From positions 1 through 48,223 of IMG/VR virus record IMGVR_UViG_3300016722_000148: 48,223 nt of DNA, one strand, 5' to 3'. This DNA is from a virus (Duplodnaviria; Caudoviricetes). Position numbers and translations under genes: made by a program. The notes beneath the pieces are model-generated. The model saw only the letters and a program-made list of their open reading frames with translations, did no database searches and had not been told where the DNA came from. Shown here in pieces: positions 9,511 through 18,940 of the stretch. How positions within the stretch are numbered: the stretch's first letter is position 1; every line of letters starts with the position of its first letter.

Positions 9511-9514
9511 GAAG

Positions 9515-11038
9515 ATGATAAAGTTTGCTGTTGTAGCTGCTTCGGTCTTAGCTTCGCTAGGAATCAAAGCTTTTTCGAAAGATGAGAAAGGTAAATCCGT
9601 GCTCACTTCCGAACAGAAAAAGAAACTGACCGACAAGTTCGGAGATAAGTTTGTTAGTACGTTCGAAGCCGATTTGGCAGAAGAACAGGAAAAGGATGAA
9701 GTGTATGGCAATGCTCAATTAGCTCTCGAGCAAGAACGACTCAAAGCCAATGAAGCGCAATTGACGCAAGAACTCGCAGAAGCTCGCAGCAAATTGGCAG
9801 CTGCCGACGCTGCCGAAGCTGAGCTCAAAAAGAAGTTGCAGAACAAAGAGGCGGAAGTAGCTGCGATGGCAGAAAAGCCTGTAAATGGTGAAGGTGCAGC
9901 AACCAAAGTAGAAGGAGAAGGAGGAGAAATGAAGAAGAAGTTTAAGGCTGATATGGCTCTCGCCTACAATCAGCATTATGCAGCTGCATTCGCCGGTAAG
10001 GCAAGTGCCGATTATGCGCTGGGTAACAATACCGATGTGTCGGAGTTGACAACCGAGTTTGGCAAGTACATCCGAGACGAGAAATTGGACATCATCCATC
10101 GTCTGCTTATTCAGACCGATTCGACACAGTATATGTCGACTATCGTCACCAATAAGACAGAAATTCAGGCATCAAGCGATGTCATCACATCCGTGTTGCA
10201 GGCATTTGTTCCCAAATGGACACCTAAGGGTAAAGCAACCTTTACACCTCTCACCATCAAAAACTACAAGTGCAAAATCAATGTAGATATCGTTCCTTCA
10301 GACATCATGGAATCCGTTCTCGGATACTTGTACGATGAGAACCTGACTCCTGCCGATATGCCGATCGTGAAGTACATCCTTTATCAATTGGTATTCCCGA
10401 AATTGGACGAAGAACGCGAATACGCCCTGGCAACAGGTGTGTTCAAAGCTCCTTTATCAACTGTCAAAGACGGTGATAATGGTGGTGAAGCACAGAATGC
10501 ACTCCAAGGGTACATCTCTACGCTGTGTGCAGAGAAAATCGCCACTTCTACGGCAGTCAATTTCATGGATAACACAACGGCAATCACAAAAGACAATGTG
10601 ATAACCAAGGTACAGGATTTCTGCAAAATGTTTACGCCGGTATACAAGAAACGCGACATGCCGATCTATGCCGATCCCGAATTGATCGACTTATATAAGT
10701 CAGCCATGCGTGCCAAGTATCCGCAGGTAGTGCTGACCGACGACATGGTCATCAAGATCGAAGACAAGAATGCTCACTTCGTAGCTGTTGAGGGAATGCG
10801 AAATACCGGTTGTATGTTTTCAACTCCGGATGGAAATTGGAAACATCTCATGTCTCAAGACCCACAGAATATTAAATTGTTCATGCAGTCCGAGAACTAC
10901 ACCGTTAAGGTCTTTGGCGAGTATTGGGAAGGTACTGGATTCTGGGTAGCAGATGCTATTTTCGCATATGTCAGCTCTGCGCAGGTTGATAAGTACAAAA
11001 CGGCAGCAGGCATTACCACTGGTGGTGCAGGAGCTTAA
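9515..11038 (+). CDS. Major capsid protein with N-terminal coiled-coil scaffold segment
   Basis: Follows the protease; N-terminal ~140 aa Ala/Glu/Lys-rich coiled coil; SVLQAFVPKWTPKG motif; ATG at 9515 is 4 bp after the protease stop. Confidence 0.75.
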   Translation: MIKFAVVAASVLASLGIKAFSKDEKGKSVLTSEQKKKLTDKFGDKFVSTFEADLAEEQEKDEVYGNAQLALEQERLKANEAQLTQELAEARSKLAAADAAEAELKKKLQNKEAEVAAMAEKPVNGEGAATKVEGEGGEMKKKFKADMALAYNQHYAAAFAGKASADYALGNNTDVSELTTEFGKYIRDEKLDIIHRLLIQTDSTQYMSTIVTNKTEIQASSDVITSVLQAFVPKWTPKGKATFTPLTIKNYKCKINVDIVPSDIMESVLGYLYDENLTPADMPIVKYILYQLVFPKLDEEREYALATGVFKAPLSTVKDGDNGGEAQNALQGYISTLCAEKIATSTAVNFMDNTTAITKDNVITKVQDFCKMFTPVYKKRDMPIYADPELIDLYKSAMRAKYPQVVLTDDMVIKIEDKNAHFVAVEGMRNTGCMFSTPDGNWKHLMSQDPQNIKLFMQSENYTVKVFGEYWEGTGFWVADAIFAYVSSAQVDKYKTAAGITTGGAGA

Positions 11039-11070
11039 TGTTTAACTTTTAAAGTATAGGAGATTATAAT

Positions 11071-11652
11071 ATGGCAGATGCAACTAGCTACGCTTTTGTA
11101 AGCGTACCGAAAAAAACAGCTAACGCAGGCCGTCCAACCGGCAAAAAGCAATATATCATCCTCGTTCGCATAGCGGACTTGCAAACGTTCACCAAAGACG
11201 CAAAGAACGTACGTGTTACGGCTCTTGCGTTGGCCGGCACGGCGAAACCGATCGGTCTTTATGCTACCGGTTCAACCATCAAGGGTGGTGAAACGGTCGA
11301 AGGCGATCCCGATACAAAGGGGTATCTTCACAACCTTTCGTTCGAACACCCGGGCAATGAAATCGAAGTGCAAGAATTCAAAGAAGCCAATGTCAATGAG
11401 CCGATGATAGCCATTGTAGGCGATTGTATGTCCGATGACTTTGATGTATACGGCACGACCGAAGCTCCGCTCGACATGAGTAAGGCCGACGGCGAAGATT
11501 CGAAGGATAAGAAGAATACTTCTTTCGAGTTCAAGACAACCTATCGTACCGCTCCGGTCGGTAAGATAGCTAAGACATTGATTCCCGTAACCGATAATGC
11601 TGCGGTCAACACTGCTCTCGGTTTGGCTGCTGCTCCCACAGGAGGCGCGTGA
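11071..11652 (+). CDS. Virion structural protein, probable major tail tube
   Basis: 193 aa, beta-rich, EGDPDTKGY..FEHPG; co-transcribed with capsid and followed by a terminator. Confidence 0.55.
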   Translation: MADATSYAFVSVPKKTANAGRPTGKKQYIILVRIADLQTFTKDAKNVRVTALALAGTAKPIGLYATGSTIKGGETVEGDPDTKGYLHNLSFEHPGNEIEVQEFKEANVNEPMIAIVGDCMSDDFDVYGTTEAPLDMSKADGEDSKDKKNTSFEFKTTYRTAPVGKIAKTLIPVTDNAAVNTALGLAAAPTGGA

Positions 11653-11685
11653 TTTTTTCTTCATAATATTGATTATTAGTAGTGG

Positions 11686-11712
11686 AGGGGATGCAATTGC
11701 ACCCCCTTTTTT
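11686..11712 (+). terminator. Intrinsic terminator
   Basis: AGGGGATGCA-AT-TGCACCCCCT followed by T-run. Confidence 0.7.
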
Positions 11713-11713
11713 C

Positions 11714-11748
11714 GTCCTTTTACCTGCCATAGCTTATCGATAACTTTG
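11714..11748 (+). promoter_or_regulatory. Late-type promoter 2 (GTCCTTT-N20-TAACTTTG)
   Basis: GTCCTTT at 11714, -7 box at 11741-11748. Confidence 0.75.
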
Positions 11749-11782
11749 TTCCAATAATTTATTAATTAATAAACGTATAAAG

Positions 11783-12655
11783 ATGGAAGAAACAAACTTT
11801 ACCGTGATTATCCTGCATAAGGATCACGATCGACGCAGCGAATCGCTCAATTATCTACTGCGTTCTCTCGCCAACATTGAAGGAAGCTTTGATGTCGTCA
11901 TTATTGGCGATGCCCCCAAGAAAAAATATGCTAACCTAACGGTTATCGAATCGGATGCCGAAACGCCATTCATGGCAGTTGCTACTGCTGTAAAGCAGAA
12001 TCCGGACGCATTCAATCAAGACTTGATCATCATGAGCGACGATATGATTATCGCCAACCCATGCCCTACTTCCGTACTGATAATTCCCAAGCGGAATGCG
12101 CATAACGAAGAGCGAGGCGAAGCATCGCATTGCCCATTCTTTGCCGAAAAACGCATCTTTTCCGAAATCGACAGTATCCCCGATATTCCGGAGATGAAAG
12201 AATTACCACTCGAAAGACTTATCAATAAATTCTTGAGCATCGACGACAAGCTATGTTTCCCTGTGCATTATCTTGTCGGCCCGTTATTGGGTAGCTTCGT
12301 ATCTAAAGACCCGGAACCTGCACGTGTGTTCGAACTGTTCAATGAGCGGTATTTCGTCCATATCCGCGACCTTTCTTTCCCTGCTCTTCGTCCAATGCTC
12401 ATCAATAAATTCCCCGAACCGAGTAAGTACGAAGGTACTGAAGAAGATGCCGACAAGCAGCCCACGACAGAACAACCCACTGCACCCGCAAAGACAGGCA
12501 AAAAAGGAGATGCCAATCCTGATGACGGAAAAAAGCCCGAAGAGGGAGACGGAAAGGAAACGCCTGCTCCAGATGCTGATGAAAAGAAAGAAGAACAGGA
12601 GGTTGATTCTGCTGTACCCGATTCTACTGAGCAGCCTGCTGCGCCCGAAAAATGA
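11783..12655 (+). CDS. Stealth-CR2/glycosyltransferase-like protein with acidic low-complexity tail
   Basis: ESLNYLLRSL...VVIIGDAP and LIIMSDDMII resemble ELRYSLRS/FxxxNDDxF; last ~75 aa Glu/Asp/Pro/Lys-rich. Confidence 0.5.
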   Translation: MEETNFTVIILHKDHDRRSESLNYLLRSLANIEGSFDVVIIGDAPKKKYANLTVIESDAETPFMAVATAVKQNPDAFNQDLIIMSDDMIIANPCPTSVLIIPKRNAHNEERGEASHCPFFAEKRIFSEIDSIPDIPEMKELPLERLINKFLSIDDKLCFPVHYLVGPLLGSFVSKDPEPARVFELFNERYFVHIRDLSFPALRPMLINKFPEPSKYEGTEEDADKQPTTEQPTAPAKTGKKGDANPDDGKKPEEGDGKETPAPDADEKKEEQEVDSAVPDSTEQPAAPEK

Positions 12656-13120
12656 AGAGAGGCAGGCTTTCGGGAAGAGTTTTCGTTCCTCGATAAATCA
12701 GGAACGCCCCCGGAACTCCTGGCTTTGGTGACGCGTAAGTTCAATTGCTATTACGAGTACAAACGCTTGCATGCTCGGTTATTCGACGTTTCCGAACCCA
12801 CCGAATGTGCCGAGGTGGCAGGCAAACTGATGGATGCCTATTTTGAAAACAGGCAGATATACGAGGAGCTGGAATATTACAAAGCGAGTGGCAGTGTACT
12901 GGGCAAGCACCCCATCTTTCGAGGCTTTCAGCGTTCGGCAGAAATTCACCGCATGAGCATCAAAGAATTAGTCAAGGAACAGCGCAATGTAGAGTATAAT
13001 ATCTGGCGGGTGCGCAAGCAGATTGAAAAGAACGACAAACCGCATCTCGATACCGAGCGGCGGACAAAGTTAAAACAATATGAGGATGATTTAGCCCTCA
13101 TTAATAAGTTGCTGGAATGA
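12656..13120 (+). CDS. Conserved phage protein; 5' end ambiguous (possible frameshift or readthrough)
   Basis: Frame is open from just after the TGA at 12653-12655 (REAGFREEFSFLDKSGTPPELLAL...); first in-frame start is TTG at 12725. Confidence 0.6.
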   Translation, partial: REAGFREEFSFLDKSGTPPELLALVTRKFNCYYEYKRLHARLFDVSEPTECAEVAGKLMDAYFENRQIYEELEYYKASGSVLGKHPIFRGFQRSAEIHRMSIKELVKEQRNVEYNIWRVRKQIEKNDKPHLDTERRTKLKQYEDDLALINKLLE

Positions 13121-13488
13121 GCGAAGAAAACGAATTGATACTACACGAACCACAAGAATCATGGTCACTACCGTCGTGGTACGATCGTGTAAGTGAGAAC
13201 GATTGGGCGGACTATGAGAAGTTGGCAGCTCTCAACTATTCCGTCGAAGAGATCGCACTGTATTATTGCGTCAATCCTCGCGAGTTCCGGCGATATTATA
13301 ACATGATCGATTCGCCCTTGCAACTGCATTATCGGGCAGGCGTGCTCAAGGAACAAGCGCAAGAGGGATTCAAGATGATTTCCGACACTTACAATTCGAA
13401 TGCGTTCCAAGCCATTCGACTGGATAAAAAAAGAGCGGATAAGCAATTTCGCAATACGTTGGACGAAGTAATATTTAACGAGGAATGA
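13117..13488 (+). CDS. Hypothetical protein in packaging module
   Basis: 123 aa, HTH-like YSVEEIALYYCVNPREF; ATGA coupling. Confidence 0.6.
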   Translation: MSEENELILHEPQESWSLPSWYDRVSENDWADYEKLAALNYSVEEIALYYCVNPREFRRYYNMIDSPLQLHYRAGVLKEQAQEGFKMISDTYNSNAFQAIRLDKKRADKQFRNTLDEVIFNEE

Positions 13489-14114
13489 GCAGATTCGATA
13501 AAAGTTACTTTCATGAGTTGCAGGACTATCTGCAATCTTCCGATCGAGACGATCTCGCTGGAGACCGTCTCGAGTATTACAACGCCCTCTATACGATGAT
13601 AACCATGTCGCGCAAATATGGACGAAACAAAACGATTGTCACGTTCATGCATACGCCATTCGATTGTACCCGCCGCACGGCACGCCGCATGTACGACGAA
13701 GCCGTCAATCTCTTTTTCGAGGACGATACCATCAGCAATAAGGCACATCGCAACCAGATGTATCAGGAACTTCGTGCAGCTGCTACCGTTATGTTGCGTA
13801 ATGCTACCGGCGCAAAAGACATGGAAGTATACGGACGGCTCATGGAGCAGGCATGCAAGATAAAAGGTCTCGACAAACCCGACGAAAAGGTGCGTGATAT
13901 TCCGCCCGCTAAGCCGGTCACCATCTGGACCATCGACCCCGCCATGATAGGTCTACCGTGTGAGGATCGTAAGCAATTGGCTGCTCAAATCGATGCGATA
14001 CCCGATATCTCCATGAGCGAGAAAGAACGTCTCAAACAAGACGCCAGAGCCAAGGATATTAGTTTCACAAGAATACTCGATGACACAGAAGAAAAAACTC
14101 AAGATATCGACTGA
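13485..14114 (+). CDS. Probable terminase small subunit
   Basis: 209-aa helical protein overlapping the large terminase start; positional inference. Confidence 0.5.
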   Translation: MSRFDKSYFHELQDYLQSSDRDDLAGDRLEYYNALYTMITMSRKYGRNKTIVTFMHTPFDCTRRTARRMYDEAVNLFFEDDTISNKAHRNQMYQELRAAATVMLRNATGAKDMEVYGRLMEQACKIKGLDKPDEKVRDIPPAKPVTIWTIDPAMIGLPCEDRKQLAAQIDAIPDISMSEKERLKQDARAKDISFTRILDDTEEKTQDID

Positions 14115-15819
14115 AAACGTCGACCTTCGATGGTCCAACTGGTGGGCGCAACTCGTCTGCCTCATGATGCCTACTTTCCTGTACGCTATCGCTGGGCGTG
14201 GTACCGGTAAGACGGTTACCGTATTGGCTACCCGCCTCAAAGAAGCGATGTACGATATGCCCGGTGCGCCATTTGTTTGGGTAGCCGATACCTTTTCCGA
14301 TTTACACAAAAATATTATTCCATCTCTGCTCGAGGGACTGGCCATGGTAGGGTTGCAGGAGAAGCGCGACTTTGTGATGAACGAGATACCGCCACTTGCG
14401 TGGCGCGATCGCATGTACAATAAGCGCCGTGACTTCAAGCAGACCATGGTGTTTGCGAATGGATTCAACCTGACATTTGTTTCGCTAGATAGGCCCGCCA
14501 TCGGTGCCGGTGCATCGTATGTAGGGGTGTTTGGCGATGAAGTAAAGTATTTCCCCGAAGAAAAGATAACCAACCTTTTGAAAGCCGTCCGTGGCTTTCG
14601 TACCAAATATGGCGATTCTCCCTGGTATCGCAGTCGCACGTTCACCACCGATATGCCCAACGAAAACCACATCGGAGAGGATCAATGGATTCTCAAGATG
14701 GGGAAGAAAAACGATAAGGAAAAGATTCTGCTATGCGTCAATTGCGCGTTCGTCTATAATGAGACCAAGCAGACATACGTAGCCTACAATCAGGAATACG
14801 ATCAGGCACTCGAGCGCAAAAAGGCAGGCGAACTCACCGAAGAGCAGTTAAGCGTCATTCGCCGACGGCGTGATAATGCCCAAAAAAATATGGAACGGTG
14901 GCGTGTGCGTTGGGATAAGACGCGCAAAGGTCTGTCGTTCTTCACCATGGTGAGCAGCTATGTCAATGCCGATATTCTCGGCGCTGATTGGTTCGATAGC
15001 GAACTTCAAGACAAACTCGAGGGTGTAGAAGCTAATGTGCTGTCCATCATTCCCAAAATCGAAGCGAATAAGAAGTTCTATCCCAACCTATGCGAGGCAA
15101 ACTTCTTTTCAGATGGTTATCGCAACGAGGTCATCGAAAGCCATCCGTATGGCTGGAAAGAAGATTGTACCGTATTGCGCTATCTCAACACCGGAAGCAT
15201 TCTCGAGGCGGGTATGGATGCCGGCAACATGTTTTCAATGGTGTTCGGGCAGCGCAAAGGGAAAGACCTTTTCGTGCTCAAAGAGTTATATAGTCTGCCA
15301 CCTGCAGGTGTTCGCCAATTGGCCGATGAGTTTATACGCTATTTCAAACCCATGCGCACCAAGACGCTATTCTTGCATTACGATCGTAGTATGAACAATT
15401 ACCACCAGAGCAATGCCGATATGGCAACGCAAATAAAGAAGAACATCGAGCGCGATGCCGAGGGGAATGCCACCGGCTGGACGGTTGTCTTATTATCTAA
15501 AGGACAGGGCAATATAAGCAGCAACCTGGAGTATCGGTTTATGATGGATGTGTTGTCGGGCAATGTCGACGACCTGCTATTCCGCTTGCGTATAGACAGG
15601 CACAATTGCCCCAACCTCAAATCGGAGATGGAAGTTACCCGCACCAAGACGTCTGCCAACCGCGACGGTGCCAACATCATCGTCAAGCAAAAAACGGGTG
15701 ATAAGTTGCCGCTTGCGCGACTGGCCAAGGAATCGACCAACCTCACCGATGCGCTCAAGTATTTTATCATGCGCTCCGATTGGCTCAAGGTGTGGGGACG
15801 CTCGCAAGGCAAGCATTAA
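14080..15819 (+). CDS. terL: Terminase large subunit
   Basis: Walker A AGRGTGKT, Walker B VFGDEVKY, FTTD coupling motif, nuclease AGMDAG and TDALKY. Confidence 0.88.
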   Translation: MTQKKKLKISTENVDLRWSNWWAQLVCLMMPTFLYAIAGRGTGKTVTVLATRLKEAMYDMPGAPFVWVADTFSDLHKNIIPSLLEGLAMVGLQEKRDFVMNEIPPLAWRDRMYNKRRDFKQTMVFANGFNLTFVSLDRPAIGAGASYVGVFGDEVKYFPEEKITNLLKAVRGFRTKYGDSPWYRSRTFTTDMPNENHIGEDQWILKMGKKNDKEKILLCVNCAFVYNETKQTYVAYNQEYDQALERKKAGELTEEQLSVIRRRRDNAQKNMERWRVRWDKTRKGLSFFTMVSSYVNADILGADWFDSELQDKLEGVEANVLSIIPKIEANKKFYPNLCEANFFSDGYRNEVIESHPYGWKEDCTVLRYLNTGSILEAGMDAGNMFSMVFGQRKGKDLFVLKELYSLPPAGVRQLADEFIRYFKPMRTKTLFLHYDRSMNNYHQSNADMATQIKKNIERDAEGNATGWTVVLLSKGQGNISSNLEYRFMMDVLSGNVDDLLFRLRIDRHNCPNLKSEMEVTRTKTSANRDGANIIVKQKTGDKLPLARLAKESTNLTDALKYFIMRSDWLKVWGRSQGKH

Positions 15820-15851
15820 AGAGACCATTTTGTGAGATTAAATAAAGGGTA

Positions 15852-15890
15852 GCTCCTGCCGGCACGCGATGTGTAGGCAGGAGCGTTTTT
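15852..15890 (+). terminator. Intrinsic terminator between convergent terL and HU genes
   Basis: GCTCCTGCC...GGCAGGAGC then TTTTT. Confidence 0.7.
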
Positions 15891-15913
15891 GTTATTCACG
15901 CCGTGCGTGCGTG

Positions 15914-16447
15914 TTATCCCATGTCTTCACCGCTCGATTGCCCGCCGTTCGGATTGGTGGGATTCGTCGGGTTGTCGGTTGCCTTTCCGTCGTCTTTCTT
16001 CAGTTCCGTCAGCCGCATGAACGAGAGAGTGTTCATCACTTCTTTCAGTCTGCTGCCTGCCGTGAATCTCAACCGCGTCTTGCAGATGTTGGCCGATGCC
16101 AACTCCTTCTTATCTACACATCCTTTGCTACTCACACTGATGTACATCTTACCCAAGTCGCCCAGTTCCACGATGCGCCCATTGCGCAGATGTGCCGATA
16201 TGGCTTCAATCAGGTTATCGAGCACGTTGCCCACATCGCCACGACTCAACGACGATTGCCCGGCGATGTTGTCTTTCAACGTGTCTATCGTTACACGCCC
16301 CGAGTGCCTCACCTGTGCGTAGTATTTCTTTGTCTTACGGTCTTGGGGGTTGGCTTTCTGTACCGCTACATAGAATACTTTGTTCTCTACAATCGGCATC
16401 GCATACGCTACTCTGTTGCGTGCCGTCTTCTTTGTTTCTGTTTCCAT
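15914..16447 (-). CDS. Bacteroidetes long-type HU/histone-like DNA-binding protein
   Basis: SSLSRGDVGNVLDNL..HLRNGRIVELGDLG, Gly/Asn/Pro-rich tail; ATG at 16447; -7 box TACCTTTG at 16484-16477. Confidence 0.85.
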   Translation of the reverse strand: METETKKTARNRVAYAMPIVENKVFYVAVQKANPQDRKTKKYYAQVRHSGRVTIDTLKDNIAGQSSLSRGDVGNVLDNLIEAISAHLRNGRIVELGDLGKMYISVSSKGCVDKKELASANICKTRLRFTAGSRLKEVMNTLSFMRLTELKKDDGKATDNPTNPTNPNGGQSSGEDMG

Positions 16448-16610
16448 AATCGTTTTGTTTGTTAATTGGTATGATGCAAAGGTACGTGCAGGCACGGTAG
16501 GCATGCGGACTTATGGTTGCCTTCGTTCGCTTTAAATAGGCAATGGTGGGCTTTTATACCGCATTTGTATTCATTATCTTTGCACTTATATATCAATCAA
16601 ACAATCGACT

Positions 16611-16841
16611 ATGGACAACCTACTACACTATCCCCCTGTCAAGGTCTATGCCAAGCAAGAGCTTGCCTGCATGTACCTGCCTCATACATCGCCACGCTCG
16701 GCAGTCAAGACGCTCGTGTCGTGGATCAGGCACAACGACGAACTGTGCATGCGCCTGCGTGCGCTGCACTACAATAAGTATAGGCACACGTTCTATGCGC
16801 ACGAGGTGGCACTCATCTTCACCTATCTTGGCCCACCTTGA
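16611..16841 (+). CDS. DUF4248 domain protein
   Basis: KQELACMYLP..SAVKTLVSWI..EVALIFTYLGPP; divergent from HU as commonly seen in Bacteroidales; TATCTTTG box upstream. Confidence 0.8.
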   Translation: MDNLLHYPPVKVYAKQELACMYLPHTSPRSAVKTLVSWIRHNDELCMRLRALHYNKYRHTFYAHEVALIFTYLGPP

Positions 16842-16927
16842 TGGCATACCATCCACTGCGCTGCTCTCGTCCATCCACTCATGGGTGGATGGCATGCAGC
16901 AGCCGTGTGTCAGGGGCAATGCCCATT

Positions 16928-17032
16928 GTTCCACGATGTTTCACGTATTGTTTCACGTTTGTTCCACGACTGTTCCACACATCGCCCGCCCTACAAGGCT
17001 CGTGTGGGGTATCCGAAATGAGTGTTCCACAC
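16928..17032. repeat. TGTTYCAC short repeat cluster
   Basis: Five closely spaced TGTT(C/T)CAC copies in 16928-16980 and a sixth near 17023. Confidence 0.65.
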
Positions 17033-17454
17033 CTTGATATGCCCTACAGTATGCTGTAGAAGGTTAACAAATCACAATTCCACCCTGCCTGTGAGGCTGC
17101 AATGGCAGGTCGAACTCTGCGCGGTTCGGACATCTTTGCGTCAACGTCTTTTCGTTTTTTTTCTTGTTACCCACCAAATTGCTTATTTTTAGCGATTTAC
17201 AATTTTCCGTCGTGTTTTTTGTCTCAAAAGACGCCCCAAAATTTCCAAAACACGTTCTAAAAAGGCTGCATTTTGTGTTTTTATTGCCCCTTTTCGTATT
17301 ATTTTCATCCATTTAGGGGCGTTTTCGCCTGTTTTTCGTGCCATTTAGGCTTCGATAAGTGTTTTTACCTGCCAAAAACGGATTTAATGTGCCTCTCTTT
17401 GTGATTATTTAATTACATTTCGTATTTTTGTGGACTAACTAATAAATTTTTATT

Positions 17455-18015
17455 ATGAAAAAGGTTTTATTTATATTATCGCTGCTATTAGGCAGCATGA
17501 ATTTTATTTCAGCGCAAACGCCTTTGTCGTTTTCCAAGGTGATTAATGTCGATGGCGTTAATGATAAACAGTTATATGAAAGATTGGAAACGTTTTTAAC
17601 TAATGCCTTTAATCATCCTGATAAAGTAATACAACTAAGAGATAAAGAGAACAAGTCTTTGACCGTGAAAACTTCTTTTATATATAAATGTATAAAGAAG
17701 AACGCAGGTAACATTAATAGAGGTGTTATTTCGTATACTATCAATATTGCATGCAAAGATGGTAGGTTTAAAATATCGATATTTGATTTTGAACATAAAT
17801 CAGACCGATTTAGTAATGCATCTCCCTGTGATTGGGGTGTGATATATTCAGATATTGAATGTCCAGATATAAAGATAATGTTTGCCACAAAAAAATGGAA
17901 AAAAGAGATATATGATGACATGAAAGAAAAAGCTTCCGAAGAAAGCAATGCTATGATTTCTATTTTTGAAAATGCAGCAAAGCAAGCAACGCAGGCACAA
18001 GAAAGTAATTGGTAA
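17455..18015 (+). CDS. DUF4468-like exported protein (moron)
   Basis: Signal peptide MKKVLFILSLLLG..SAQ; FSKVINVDG..LYER..VIQLRDKE..CKDGRFKI; AT-rich; TATTTTTG box upstream. Confidence 0.75.
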   Translation: MKKVLFILSLLLGSMNFISAQTPLSFSKVINVDGVNDKQLYERLETFLTNAFNHPDKVIQLRDKENKSLTVKTSFIYKCIKKNAGNINRGVISYTINIACKDGRFKISIFDFEHKSDRFSNASPCDWGVIYSDIECPDIKIMFATKKWKKEIYDDMKEKASEESNAMISIFENAAKQATQAQESNW

Positions 18016-18038
18016 GTACTAACTAAATAATTTATATT

Positions 18039-18893
18039 ATGAAATATCAAAATTTTGTTGCAGTTGATTTTGAAACAATGGACGAGTTACGAACAAGTGC
18101 TTGTTCTATTGGTATGGTAAAAGTAAAAGGTGGTGAAATGGTCGACACCTTTTATTCTCTGATTAAACCTATTCCAGACGGTAAACTTCCTTCTAATATA
18201 GCAATTCACAATATTACGATGGATATGGTAAAGGGTGCGCCTACTTTTGAAGAACTGTTTCCAAGAATAATTGAATTTGTAGAGGGGCTCGTTTTAGTAT
18301 GTCATAATAAAAGTATGGATCAGGCCGTTATAAAGCAGTGTATGCAATATTATCATTTATCCGGACTCGATTGGGATAACATGATAGATACTTATGGGCT
18401 TTTCCATTCTAAGCTAGAAACTTGTTGTGAACAGCATGGTATTGATCAAGGGAATAAACATGATGCATTAGCTGACGCAAAGGCTTGCGCTTGTTTATTA
18501 TTATGTTATGAAGGCGAAGACTATTTTGAACTACGTAAAGAAGCAAAAAAGAAAAGACAGAACGAGAGGTACAAGAGAAGTGAAAAATATCCTATTCTCC
18601 CTGATGAGTCTATTAAAAATAAGGATACACCTTTTTTTAGAAAGGAAATTGTTGTTACAGGTCTATTTAAAGAACGGTTTTATGATAGAAAAGAGTTAGA
18701 GGATCTTCTATATATAACATACGGAGGAAGAAAAAAGGATAGTGTCTCAAAAAAAACAGATATTATAATTGTAGGAGATATAACCGGAACAGGAAAGCTC
18801 TCTCAGCTGGAAAAAGTAAAAGCGGGCGGAAGCCTTATAAGGGTTATCTACAAAGATGAGTTCTATAAAATATTAGATAAATTGCAAAAATAA
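18039..18893 (+). CDS. DEDDh 3'-5' exonuclease (DnaQ-like) fused to BRCT domain
   Basis: VAVDFET, VCHNKSMD, IDT, HDALADA; BRCT IVVTG...GG...VSKKTDIIIVG. Confidence 0.85.
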   Translation: MKYQNFVAVDFETMDELRTSACSIGMVKVKGGEMVDTFYSLIKPIPDGKLPSNIAIHNITMDMVKGAPTFEELFPRIIEFVEGLVLVCHNKSMDQAVIKQCMQYYHLSGLDWDNMIDTYGLFHSKLETCCEQHGIDQGNKHDALADAKACACLLLCYEGEDYFELRKEAKKKRQNERYKRSEKYPILPDESIKNKDTPFFRKEIVVTGLFKERFYDRKELEDLLYITYGGRKKDSVSKKTDIIIVGDITGTGKLSQLEKVKAGGSLIRVIYKDEFYKILDKLQK

Positions 18894-18940
18894 TTTCATT
18901 TTTATTTGGCGGTTCTAAATATTCTTCTGATATTTGCTGA

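Noticed and set aside
9440-9514. N-terminal extension of the capsid ORF (likewise 21791-21901, 16448-16504, 44668-44694)
   Set aside because: Overlaps upstream genes, promoters or leaders; downstream ATGs with A-rich context are more plausible.
15869-17059. Long alternative-frame ORFs over HU and DUF4248 (15869-16465, 16543-17037, 16623-16934)
   Set aside because: Shadow ORFs of recognisable genes in a GC-richer stretch, with atypical composition.
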